Counted from the stretch's first letter, positions 1 to 8,071 are shown. The stretch is 32,000 nt of DNA from Nitrospirales bacterium (GCA_965204475.1 OZ241988.1:123545-155544), one strand, 5' to 3'. Program-made: numbers and translations. Notes: a model not told the origin generated them from the sequence alone.

Positions 1-772
1 TCAACGCGCGGCCGTCCTTGTAACGGGCGTGCATGAGTGCCTGCATGAAATCGTCGGGACAGGCCCCGGAACGCCGGCGTTGCGCCATGATCCGGCTGAA
101 GAGGTCGGCCACTCTTCGCCGGGCCCGGTCGCGGCTTCGATGCGCCGTGGTCGGAAGTCTGGGGAGAAAAAATCCCAGGGTGTTGATGCCTTTTTGCAGA
201 TCGTGATACGCCTCGGCAAAACCCGCGTCTATCTGATCCCGGACTTCCTGTCCAATGAGGCAGCGGCTGGCGATCCTGACGGTGAGCTCGTTCATCGCGA
301 CCGGCAGATCGATTTCCCCGTCCTCGCCGAGGGCGTCGGCGAACCACCTCGTCTCCTCGAACATGATGCGGGCAAACCTGCTCATCGCGGCTTCGCGGAG
401 CGCCGGAAACAGAAACCCCAGTTGCTCGTCCATGAGCTCGGGAGAGGCGTCATAAGCCACGCCGCGTCCGAAGATGGGAACAGTGAACTGATAGACGGCT
501 TTGGCGTTCAACTGATCCTCGGGCGCTCTGAAGTAAAAGTCGTGGGCTTCGGGTCCGGTGAAGAGCACAAACTGGCGGGGACCGAGCCGGAACCGGAAGA
601 GTTCGCCCTGCTCGCTCCAGCCGCGGCTCAACATCGAGATCGGATCCTTTAAAAAATCCGGCAGATGACCGATCAGCGGCCACCCGCCCGCGAGTTCGGG
701 AACGGCTTTGGCCGGCGGCGGCGAGAGCTGCGCCGAATGCGGGAGTGCTTCACTGTGAGACCGATGTGTCAT
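1..772 (-). CDS. cyp51: Sterol 14-alpha-demethylase (CYP51-family cytochrome P450), N-terminal ~257 codons; the gene continues past the left edge
   Basis: Missing from the ORF track because it has no stop in the window. Hand translation from the ATG at 772 (minus strand) stays open to position 2: MTHRSHSEALPHSAQLSPPPAKAVPELAGGWPLIGHLPDFLKDPISMLSRGWSEQGELFRFRLGPRQFVLFTGPEAHDFYFRAPEDQLNAKAVYQFTVPIFGRGVAYDASPELMDEQ...GEDGEIDLPVAMNELTVRIASRCLIGQEVRDQIDAGFAEAYHDLQKG... It carries the CYP51 B-prime/BC-loop signature Y-x2-F-x2-P-x-F-G-x-G-V-x-Y-D and is collinear with my recollection of M. tuberculosis CYP51 (FMTPIFGEGVVFDASPE; GEIDLLDFF..CLIGKKFRDQLD). The ATG lies 8 nt downstream of the sterol reductase stop. 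Confidence 0.85.
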   Translation of the reverse strand, partial: MTHRSHSEALPHSAQLSPPPAKAVPELAGGWPLIGHLPDFLKDPISMLSRGWSEQGELFRFRLGPRQFVLFTGPEAHDFYFRAPEDQLNAKAVYQFTVPIFGRGVAYDASPELMDEQLGFLFPALREAAMSRFARIMFEETRWFADALGEDGEIDLPVAMNELTVRIASRCLIGQEVRDQIDAGFAEAYHDLQKGINTLGFFLPRLPTTAHRSRDRARRRVADLFSRIMAQRRRSGACPDDFMQALMHARYKDGRAL

Positions 773-780
773 CCCTGTCC

Positions 781-1881
781 TCAAAAGACGCACGGCAGCA
801 TCGAATAACGCACCCGTTGCGTGTAGCGTTCCCACAACTCGCCGTACTTGGCGCGGCAACGGTGTTCATCACGTCTCGAACGATGCCACAACAGACCGGC
901 CAGCCACGCGGGCAACAGGTAGGGCGCCCAGGATTCGAACCCGGTGGTCAGGGTGAACGCGAGGTAAACGCAGATCTCGCCGGTATAGTTGAGATGCCGT
1001 CCAATACCCCAGAATCCGGAGACCAGCAGACGCCCGTCCAGGGACCGGGCGGGTTGTCCCCAAATCACGGCGTGGGGGTCACGCTTGAAGCGGTGTTTTT
1101 GCTCGTTGGCGCCGCGGAAGATCCAGAAGCCGAGGGCGAACAACAGGACGAGCGCGGCGGCGGCGACGGGAGACAGCGCTTCCGGAGCGTGGACCAGCCA
1201 CCAGCCGGCGAGGCAATAGAAAAACGGCACCAGCACGTAGTCTCCCCAAATCAACATCCATCCGAAGCGCTCACTGACGATGTCCCAGGTGTGGGTCATT
1301 CCGTATTCGAACTGGAAGTAGTTGAGCACGTACAGGAAGGTGAAGATCTGATAGAGCGCCATGGCCAGGGTCAGACCACCGTAGGTTTCGTACTGCACGA
1401 CGGCAAACGATGCGTTGAACAGCGCCAGGGCGATGAGGGACGGGCGGTAGCTGAAAAGCTTCAAATCCACCCCGAGCCAGGTCGGATTGAGCTCCACACC
1501 AAAGAAGAAACCCCGCCACGGTCCCGGTGGCGCATCCCGGGGCCGGGCTCCCCGCCAATACAGCCAGCCGGAAAGAGCGAAGGCGAATCCGTTTGTCACC
1601 ACGAACAAAGCGGCAAAGTGGCTATGCAGCACTGAAAGAGAAAACCAGCCGGAGACTTGGGCGAGACAGGCCACGGTCACGGTAATCAGGAATAAGGCAA
1701 GGCCGTTGAGCGTGTAGGTGGTTGATTGTCCTTCGACCTCCGGTCCGGTCACCCGCCGTCCGGGCAGGAGCATCGAACCCAGGAACAACGCGCCGACAAA
1801 CCCCGACACCATGGCCGCCGCCTCGAGCAGGGCGCCGCCCGACAGCGCGGACGACAGGACGTGCGGCTCAGGTCCCGGCAT
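781..1881 (-). CDS. ERG4/ERG24-family sterol reductase; C-14 reductase is favoured by adjacency to cyp51, but C-7 or C-24(28) specificity cannot be excluded
   Basis: 366 aa, polytopic and hydrophobic. C-terminal family signatures are LLVSGFWGIGRHLNYTGE and HRSRRDEHRCRAKYG, the latter matching R-x2-R-D-x3-C-x2-K-Y-G. Its start overlaps the upstream Rieske gene stop by 14 nt. Confidence 0.85.
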   Translation of the reverse strand: MPGPEPHVLSSALSGGALLEAAAMVSGFVGALFLGSMLLPGRRVTGPEVEGQSTTYTLNGLALFLITVTVACLAQVSGWFSLSVLHSHFAALFVVTNGFAFALSGWLYWRGARPRDAPPGPWRGFFFGVELNPTWLGVDLKLFSYRPSLIALALFNASFAVVQYETYGGLTLAMALYQIFTFLYVLNYFQFEYGMTHTWDIVSERFGWMLIWGDYVLVPFFYCLAGWWLVHAPEALSPVAAAALVLLFALGFWIFRGANEQKHRFKRDPHAVIWGQPARSLDGRLLVSGFWGIGRHLNYTGEICVYLAFTLTTGFESWAPYLLPAWLAGLLWHRSRRDEHRCRAKYGELWERYTQRVRYSMLPCVF

Positions 1882-2995
1882 CGCCGTTCTCCGTCCCGCG
1901 CGCCATGTACTCCCGCCACTTGCGCACGGTCACGTTTTGAAAAGCCCGTACCGCCGGATTGTACTCGATGGGAGGGGCGTCCCAATGTTGCTCGTAACCC
2001 TGCTGCTCCGCTTCGACCGCAACGCCGTCCTGGGCGAGTAACGGGCCGATGAGTACACGGTTCGAGATCTTCAACACCGCGGTCATGGCGAAACGGGGAA
2101 TATGTACCGGCAGCAAGGGCACCTTCAGTGACTTGAAGTAGAACAGGAAGAACGCCCGGGTGGTGCGCTCATCGATCGGGAGGACGAAAAGCCAGTGCTT
2201 GATCGCGTCATCGGTGTTCGACCACTGGTAGGGGTATTGATAGCACAGATCCATATGAGTGGTGTTGAGCCGGTTGTGATCGACAAACAGTCCGGAGATG
2301 CGTCCGCGACCGACCTGCGTATCGTAGGCCACGTGCACGTTGTCCCCGACGGTCTCGCACCGGGTCAGGACGGCGCCTTCTTCGAAGGGACGGTATTGAC
2401 GATGCAGGTGGGCGTGGGTGAAGTCGCTCACGTTGTCGATCACCATCGAGTGGTGGGCCGCCCAGGTGAAGACCAGCGGCTCACAGGCCCACCGCTCAGG
2501 GCCCTCGAGTTCGGGGATGTCCGGGATCCGGCGCAGTTCCGCTCGCTCCGGGTCCCCGGGGAACAACCAGACCAGACCGTAACGGACCTTCACGGGATAG
2601 GTTCTGAGCGGGAGCTTCGGAAGACCCCGTCCGTGGCGGTCGTGGGGGATCGCGACACAGCGCCCGTCGCCGTCGTACTGCCAGCCATGGTAGGCGCACA
2701 CGAGCCGGCAGCCTTGCACCTCGCCCATGGAGAGTTTGAGCTGGCGGTGCGCGCAGCGATTCTCGATCGCGTGAAACGAGCCGTCTTTCCCCCGGAAGAG
2801 CGCAATGGAATGTTTCCAGAAAATGACCTCGACCACCGTCCCCGGTTTGACCCGGCGCACCTCTTCAACCGCGTACCAATAATCCGGGTCCATGCCCGCG
2901 GCGCGGGCTTGCTGGCGCAAGCTGCCGGCCTCATCGAAGCCGGGTGGCGCACCCGGCGCCGGAATCACACTGAGTTTCCGTTTGGAGTTATCCAT
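1868..2995 (-). CDS. Rieske [2Fe-2S] non-haem iron oxygenase; candidate SdmA-like sterol C-4 methyl oxidase
   Basis: 375 aa. Rieske motif CAHRQLKLSMGE...LVCAYHGWQYD (C-x-H ... C-x2-H). DNVSDFTHAHLH resembles the mononuclear Fe(II) site. An 8-nt overlap (ATGGATAA) links it to the upstream dehydrogenase gene. Confidence 0.8.
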   Translation of the reverse strand: MDNSKRKLSVIPAPGAPPGFDEAGSLRQQARAAGMDPDYWYAVEEVRRVKPGTVVEVIFWKHSIALFRGKDGSFHAIENRCAHRQLKLSMGEVQGCRLVCAYHGWQYDGDGRCVAIPHDRHGRGLPKLPLRTYPVKVRYGLVWLFPGDPERAELRRIPDIPELEGPERWACEPLVFTWAAHHSMVIDNVSDFTHAHLHRQYRPFEEGAVLTRCETVGDNVHVAYDTQVGRGRISGLFVDHNRLNTTHMDLCYQYPYQWSNTDDAIKHWLFVLPIDERTTRAFFLFYFKSLKVPLLPVHIPRFAMTAVLKISNRVLIGPLLAQDGVAVEAEQQGYEQHWDAPPIEYNPAVRAFQNVTVRKWREYMARGTENGDAGT

Positions 2996-4112
2996 AGGCC
3001 CGGCTCGGAGAGAAATTGTCCACGGGTGTCGCGGCGGTCACGCACGGACGTTTCGCGAGCGGATTCGTGATCGCGTTGCGGTGGTAGTGAAAGGCGTAGG
3101 CCTCATGAACCGCAGCGCGGATACTGGTCGGCTGATAGCCGAGATCCCGTCTCGCTTTACCGACGTCGGCGTGCAAGCGTTTGCGCAACAGGCGAATGGC
3201 GCCCGGGGTGAAACGCTGGGGGAAGCTCGGGTGAAACCGGCTCAGATAAAAGCTCGTCATTTCCGAAAAAGCGAGCATCATGTTGGCCGGAATACGCCGG
3301 CACGGTCGCGGAACACCCGAGACCTCCTCGAACAGGTCCAGAATCTCGGAAATGGTTTTGTACTCGCTGCTGAAGATGTACTTTTCGCCCGAGCGTCCCA
3401 GGCGCATGCACAACAGGTGCCCTTCGACAATATCCCGCGACGCGACGAACTCGAACCCGCCGTCAACGTAAGCATGGAGCTTGCGGTTGCTGTAGTCACA
3501 CAAAGCTCTTCCCAATCGCGAGGGGAAAAAATCGGCGGGCCCGACCACGGCGCAGCACGTTGCCACCACGACATCCTGTCCCTTCGCCGCGGCGCGCCAG
3601 CACTCATGCTCGACAAGCGACTTGCTGCGCTCGTAGGGCATCGTGCGCTCCATGGGATAGAATTGCATCGTCTCGTTGGCGGGCGCGGACGGATTATCCA
3701 AATCGTACCCGACCGCACTGAAAGAGCCCGTCACCACCACCCGGCCGGCCCCTACCTCCCGCGCCGCTTGCAGCACGTTGCGGGTGCCGAGAACGTTGCA
3801 GTCGAACACTTCTCGGCGATGCGCGCGATTGCCTTCGATGGTCGAGATCTTGGCCGCGACGTGGTAGACGCCCTGACAGCCCTCAAGCGCACGCCGGGTT
3901 GCATCCAAATCCCGGATATCACCAAACCGGCGTTCAACGTCAAGACCTTCCAGTCCTTCGTTGTTGTCCTCGTGTCTCAGCAACACCCGGACCCGGACGC
4001 CGTCGTCGAGCAGCCGGCGCACCAGATTGGCGCCCACGTGCCCGGCCGATCCGGTGACGAAAACGGGCGGCGTCGATGCCCCGGCGGGTGTGCTCGATCC
4101 TGAGGTCATCAT
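2988..4112 (-). CDS. NAD(P)-dependent 3-beta-hydroxysteroid dehydrogenase/epimerase-family protein; candidate SdmB-like
   Basis: 374 aa. Rossmann motif VFVTGSAGHVGANLVRRLL and catalytic Y-x3-K (PYERSKS). Its start codon directly abuts the SMT stop (TGAATG). Confidence 0.8.
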   Translation of the reverse strand: MMTSGSSTPAGASTPPVFVTGSAGHVGANLVRRLLDDGVRVRVLLRHEDNNEGLEGLDVERRFGDIRDLDATRRALEGCQGVYHVAAKISTIEGNRAHRREVFDCNVLGTRNVLQAAREVGAGRVVVTGSFSAVGYDLDNPSAPANETMQFYPMERTMPYERSKSLVEHECWRAAAKGQDVVVATCCAVVGPADFFPSRLGRALCDYSNRKLHAYVDGGFEFVASRDIVEGHLLCMRLGRSGEKYIFSSEYKTISEILDLFEEVSGVPRPCRRIPANMMLAFSEMTSFYLSRFHPSFPQRFTPGAIRLLRKRLHADVGKARRDLGYQPTSIRAAVHEAYAFHYHRNAITNPLAKRPCVTAATPVDNFSPSRAYG

Positions 4113-5144
4113 TCAGTCTCCCGAGCGCCGGGGTTTACGGGCCACGAAGAAATACATCGGCGTAAAGACACCGGACCTGCCGCCTTCGACCAGCGCGTCC
4201 GCCGCCGCATTCAACAGCGTGCTGACCGCGCGGGCGCCTTCCGGAACCAACCGCAATTTCTCCCCAACCTGTAACGTCAAATTGGTCAAGGCGCGGCCGA
4301 TAGGTGTCCGCGGAATGCTCGAAAGACTGAGATCGCGACCCTGTAAAGCCCGGTACCATGGCGTTTCCGGATCCGATTCGGGGGCGAGGTCACGCGCTTC
4401 CAGAAGCTCGAATCCGGCCCTGCGCAATGCGGTGCAAACCTCCGATGTGAGGGCGATATCCGGTAACGCGTCCCCCACCATGATATCGTTCTTGATCCGC
4501 TGGTGCTCGGCGTTTCCCGGATCGAAAGTCTCGGTGAGACACCATTCGTAGCCCGCGAAACAAGCCCCCGGACGCAGAACGCGGAGAATTTCCCGGAACG
4601 CCGCTGTTTTGTCCGGCGCGTGGGGCATGGACTCGATGGCGAAGGCTGCATCGTAGTGGTTGTCACCTTCAAGAATCTGCATGTAATCGCCGTGGATGAA
4701 GCGGCACAACGACTGGACATCCCGGGTGTGTACCTTCGCGCGTTCGATCTGGTAGGGGTTGTTGTTGATACCGACAAAGCCGGCCCCGGAATAGCGGGCC
4801 AGATTGCCCATCGGCCCTCCTACCCCGCACCCCACGTCGAGCACTTGCATCCCCGGCTTCAGGGACAGCCGATCGGCGAGAAAATGCTGGTGCCTGAGCA
4901 GGGACGCTTTGAAGCTCTCGCCTTGGCGTCGGGGTGCAAAGTGAAAGGACTGACCCCAGCCGAACTCGTAGAAATCGGTCACCAGGTCGTAGTAGTGATT
5001 GACCAGCGATTGATAACGCTCTTTCCTGCTCTCCAGGCCGGCGTCGTAAATCCCGGAGTATTGATCGACCACGGATTTCACTTCATCCGGGGCCAGATCC
5101 GCGAGGGAACGAGAGTTGGATCGTTTGGCGGGCGTACGGCTCAT
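4113..5144 (-). CDS. Sterol C-24 methyltransferase (ERG6/SMT family), paralog 1
   Basis: 343 aa. Sterol-MT region I is YYDLVTDFYEFGWGQSFHFAPR. SAM motif I is VLDVGCGVGGPMG. The C-terminus GVFTPMYFFVARKP is typical of the sterol-MT C-terminal domain. Confidence 0.9.
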   Translation of the reverse strand: MSRTPAKRSNSRSLADLAPDEVKSVVDQYSGIYDAGLESRKERYQSLVNHYYDLVTDFYEFGWGQSFHFAPRRQGESFKASLLRHQHFLADRLSLKPGMQVLDVGCGVGGPMGNLARYSGAGFVGINNNPYQIERAKVHTRDVQSLCRFIHGDYMQILEGDNHYDAAFAIESMPHAPDKTAAFREILRVLRPGACFAGYEWCLTETFDPGNAEHQRIKNDIMVGDALPDIALTSEVCTALRRAGFELLEARDLAPESDPETPWYRALQGRDLSLSSIPRTPIGRALTNLTLQVGEKLRLVPEGARAVSTLLNAAADALVEGGRSGVFTPMYFFVARKPRRSGD

Positions 5145-5194
5145 TCGGCCATTTTTCCATATTCAGATGATTTAATCAAGAATAATGCTTTTTT

Positions 5195-5206
5195 TTGCAC
5201 TAGAAT
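5195..5206 (-). promoter_or_regulatory. Shared upstream motif TTGCACTAGAAT (plus-strand reading), copy 1, about 50 nt upstream of the SMT1 ATG
   Basis: The identical 12-mer recurs at 12399-12410, upstream of the GPP34-P450 gene. Both copies are followed by a TTAGGT(G)TAAA-like box (5209-5219 and 12421-12430). No function has been shown. Confidence 0.3.
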
Positions 5207-5214
5207 GGTTAGGT

Positions 5215-5312
5215 GTAAATCCCCGAGTACTGATCGACCACGGATTTCACTTGATCCGGGACCAGATCTGCAAGGGAAGGGAATTCGATCGTTTCGCGGG
5301 TGTGCGAGTGAT
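5215..5312 (-). pseudogene. Degenerate duplicated fragment of the SMT1 5-prime end (about the first 31 codons)
   Basis: 5215-5312 aligns with 5046-5144 at an offset of 169 nt. My hand count gives about 12 mismatches and one 1-nt gap over ~93 nt. The start codon is changed (ATG to ATC) and the frame is broken. Weaker similarity extends into upstream sequence (5145-5190 versus 5313-5362). Confidence 0.7.
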
Positions 5313-5372
5313 TCGAACATTTTGGTGGATTCGCAGGATTTTTTCAAGAGTAAAACATTGGGAATTATGCGC

Positions 5373-5401
5373 TTGACAAGGCCAAAGGGGGTCCATAGCA
5401 T
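5373..5401 (+). promoter_or_regulatory. Candidate sigma70-type promoter for the FAD-oxidoreductase gene
   Basis: TTGACA (5373-5378), 17-nt spacer, TAGCAT (5396-5401). An AGGGGG...CCCCCT inverted repeat brackets the -10 element. Confidence 0.4.
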
Positions 5402-5548
5402 TTGCCCCCTATGTTGTGGAAACACACAACGGTCCATCGGCGTACACCCCATTCCGGCACCGGACGAAATGGGCCCTGCTGAATGTCGTTAGAAACGGGC
5501 GCGGACGATGATAGAGTAGGGGCCATCAGCGAAACGAGGCACGCAGCG

Positions 5549-6907
5549 ATGCCGAAAAGGGTTGCCATTATCGGTGCGGGAGTCTCGGGACTGGGGGTGG
5601 CCTGGGCGCTGCATCAGCACCCCGATCGATTCGATTTTCGGCTGTTCGAAGCTCAGGCTCAGGTCGGCGGCAACGCCGTGACGGCCGACATGCCGCAAGA
5701 CGACGGCACCTCGATTCCGTTCGACATTTCCGTCACCGCGTGCATTCCCTCAGTCTACCACCACATTCTTCTGTTCATGCGGCAACACGGTATCGAGCTG
5801 GTCGATACCAGGTTCAGCTACAGCGTGAAGTACCAGGGCGGCGTCTATGCTCATGATTTCGACTCCGACATCAGGAGACAGTTGCAACCGGAAATCCAGA
5901 AATTCCAGAAGCTCCTGAGGCGTCTGAAATGGTTTGGCCGGCTCAACCGGTCCAGGTCCAGATTGCTCAATGCGCTCAACCCGTTCAACTACGTCAGCAT
6001 GGGTACGGTTCTCAACTTCGGCGGGTTCTCCGGAGATTTCAGGTACAAGATCCTGAAGCCCATGTTCGTCAACTTCCTGATGGCCACGAACGTGTTCGAC
6101 ATGCCCGCGTCCCTGTTTGCCCGGTATCTGGAGTTCTTCGATATTGAAACCGCAACGCCGATGCAAACCTGGGACCGGGGTACGCGGCGAATCTATGAAA
6201 ACATGTCGGCTGCCTTTCAGGACAAGATATACCTTAACCGACCGGTTCGAAAAGTGTACCGGCGTGCATCCGACGTCGTCGTAGAGGACGAGAACGGAAA
6301 CACGGAAACGTTTGATGACGTCGTGTTCTCGTGCAACGCGAATCAAACGCTGATGCTTCTGGATAAACCGGCCCTTCTGGAGCGCTGGATTCTCTCTTCG
6401 ATACGGTACGAGAGCGAACTGCACAACCACACGATCGTGCATTCGGACGCCTCGATTCTTCCGGACAACGAGGTCAAGCCGCTCGGCACCCGGAGCAACC
6501 ACATCGAGCAGTACGGTGTCCGACCCGACAACTACGAAATCACTTACATCATGCACAATCAGCAGCCTTGGGCGAATCGATCGGACAAACCGTGCCTGGT
6601 GACCTACAATCCGATCAGTCGTATCGACGAAGCCAAGATTGTCAAGAAGTGGTGGTTTCAGCACATCGTGCACGATGTGTCTCACATCGTCCTGCTGGTC
6701 CCGTTGTTTCGCTTCGTGCAAGGCAAACGGCGAACGTGGCACTGTGGCGCGCACACGCTGATCAACAGCCAGGAAACCTGTTTCGTGACCGGTCTTGTGA
6801 CAGCGAGACAGATCGGGGCGGACTATCCCTTTCAGGATTCCGAAGCCAGGAAATGGTTCAACTTCTACGGACGCGTGATGTACGGTTGGCGCTTGAGGAA
6901 GGCGTGA
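5549..6907 (+). CDS. NAD(P)/FAD-binding amine-oxidase-like oxidoreductase (COG2907-like)
   Basis: Dinucleotide-binding motif KRVAIIGAGVSGLGVAWAL...FEAQAQVGGN. I prefer the ATG at 5549 (GAGG lies 9 nt upstream) to the ORF-track start at 5483. The product is ~452 aa. Confidence 0.7.
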   Translation: MPKRVAIIGAGVSGLGVAWALHQHPDRFDFRLFEAQAQVGGNAVTADMPQDDGTSIPFDISVTACIPSVYHHILLFMRQHGIELVDTRFSYSVKYQGGVYAHDFDSDIRRQLQPEIQKFQKLLRRLKWFGRLNRSRSRLLNALNPFNYVSMGTVLNFGGFSGDFRYKILKPMFVNFLMATNVFDMPASLFARYLEFFDIETATPMQTWDRGTRRIYENMSAAFQDKIYLNRPVRKVYRRASDVVVEDENGNTETFDDVVFSCNANQTLMLLDKPALLERWILSSIRYESELHNHTIVHSDASILPDNEVKPLGTRSNHIEQYGVRPDNYEITYIMHNQQPWANRSDKPCLVTYNPISRIDEAKIVKKWWFQHIVHDVSHIVLLVPLFRFVQGKRRTWHCGAHTLINSQETCFVTGLVTARQIGADYPFQDSEARKWFNFYGRVMYGWRLRKA

Positions 6908-6998
6908 ACCAGAGCTTGCGCGGCGCGGCCCCGGTTTGGTGAGACAGTTCCCTGGCAGAATGACAACTTGGTTGTCCAAAGAGTGCAATTAACAGCAC

Positions 6999-7027
6999 TG
7001 GACTCGATGTCGTTGGTAAGCTATAGT
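6999..7027 (+). promoter_or_regulatory. Candidate promoter for the omp-Rieske2-SMT2 unit
   Basis: TGGACT (6999-7004), 17-nt spacer, TATAGT (7022-7027). It would give a ~120-nt leader containing nested stems (see findings). Confidence 0.35.
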
Positions 7028-7156
7028 ATCCTCGACCTGACAACCTGAGTGTCCCGGTTCCGCCGTATGGAAGCGGCGTGGAGTAAGAGGCTAGTGCCCC
7101 ACGCCTCGGGACACGATTCGGGAAAACAGCAGTCGAACTGAAAGCGAGGAGACGCC

Positions 7157-8071
7157 ATGAGACGTATTCCATACCGGACAATGATTCTTCAACGAATTTT
7201 TGTTGCGACGGTTGCCCTTGCCGTGTTTCTTCTGCCGGTGTTCTCACCCGATGCGCGCGCGTCGGAGCCGAGATGGTACGTCGGCTTGAGCGTCCCGGTC
7301 ATGTTCCTTGACGACTCGGAGAGCGTCACGAGCGGGACATCCCTTGGAAGCCAGTACAGCGCGAACGCCACCAACGAATACAAGGCGGGGTTCAAGGTCA
7401 GCGGCATGGTGGGCCGTGAATTCGGCAACGGCTTCCGTCTCCAGGTCGAAGGTTTCTTCGCCAGGGCCGATGTCAACAAGCTGACCTACAACGGGATCAC
7501 CTCTTCCGCGTTGCAGGGTGTCGATATTGAGGACGTGAACATCCCCGTGTCCGGCCCGGCAGACCAATTGGGCGCCATGGTGAACGTCTGGTACGACTTC
7601 AATGAAGGCTCCCGCTGGAGACCCTTCATCGGCGGCGGCCTGGGCTTCGTCCAGGTCGATTGGGGCGGCGTGGATTATGAAGTTGGTGCGCTCGAGCAAT
7701 CGATTGCGAACCAGACTGCGCTCGCTGGCGCGCTTCAACATGCACAAGCCATGGGCTTACCTCCGGGCGCCCCCCTGCCTCAAGCGGCCAGAGATGCGGC
7801 ACTGGCCCAGGCCCAACTGCCCCCGGGGACTGTGCCAGACCTTTCCGGCACCGATACGGTGTTCGCCTTTAAGGTCGGCGGGGGACTGGGCTACGAGCTC
7901 ACCAATCACATTACCCTCCAGGTCAGCTACCGCTTCTTCAAAACCAACCAGTTGGAGTTCAACGGCAGGAATGCTATTGAGGTCATGGGTAATACGGTGG
8001 TCAATACGGTCAAGGCGACGTCCGATTTGCAAGGTCATCTCTTCGAGGTGGGTGTACGCTATCGTTTCTAG
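7157..8071 (+). CDS. Outer-membrane beta-barrel protein (OmpA-like/OMP_b-brl family) with signal peptide
   Basis: 304 aa. GAGGAG lies 5 nt upstream of the ATG. The signal peptide ends in ARA/SE. The body has alternating beta-strand-like segments and a C-terminal aromatic residue (...FEVGVRYRF). Confidence 0.75.
   Translation: MRRIPYRTMILQRIFVATVALAVFLLPVFSPDARASEPRWYVGLSVPVMFLDDSESVTSGTSLGSQYSANATNEYKAGFKVSGMVGREFGNGFRLQVEGFFARADVNKLTYNGITSSALQGVDIEDVNIPVSGPADQLGAMVNVWYDFNEGSRWRPFIGGGLGFVQVDWGGVDYEVGALEQSIANQTALAGALQHAQAMGLPPGAPLPQAARDAALAQAQLPPGTVPDLSGTDTVFAFKVGGGLGYELTNHITLQVSYRFFKTNQLEFNGRNAIEVMGNTVVNTVKATSDLQGHLFEVGVRYRF

Noticed and set aside
29-683. ORF-track ORFs 29..652 (+, 207 aa), 255..455 (+) and 450..683 (-) at the left edge
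   Set aside because: Their translations are low-complexity and Arg/Pro/Gly-rich with no recognisable motifs. The other minus-strand frame gives an uninterrupted, clearly CYP51-like protein across the same region.
745-4103. Long plus-strand ORFs (745..1635, 2195..3070, 2892..4103) opposite the reductase, Rieske and HSD genes
   Set aside because: These are typical high-GC shadow ORFs. Their products are Arg/Gly/Pro/Ala-rich without motifs, while the minus-strand frames carry diagnostic family signatures.
5750-6988. 412-aa minus-strand ORF opposite the FAD oxidoreductase
   Set aside because: Antisense shadow ORF. The plus-strand product has a canonical dinucleotide-binding N-terminus.
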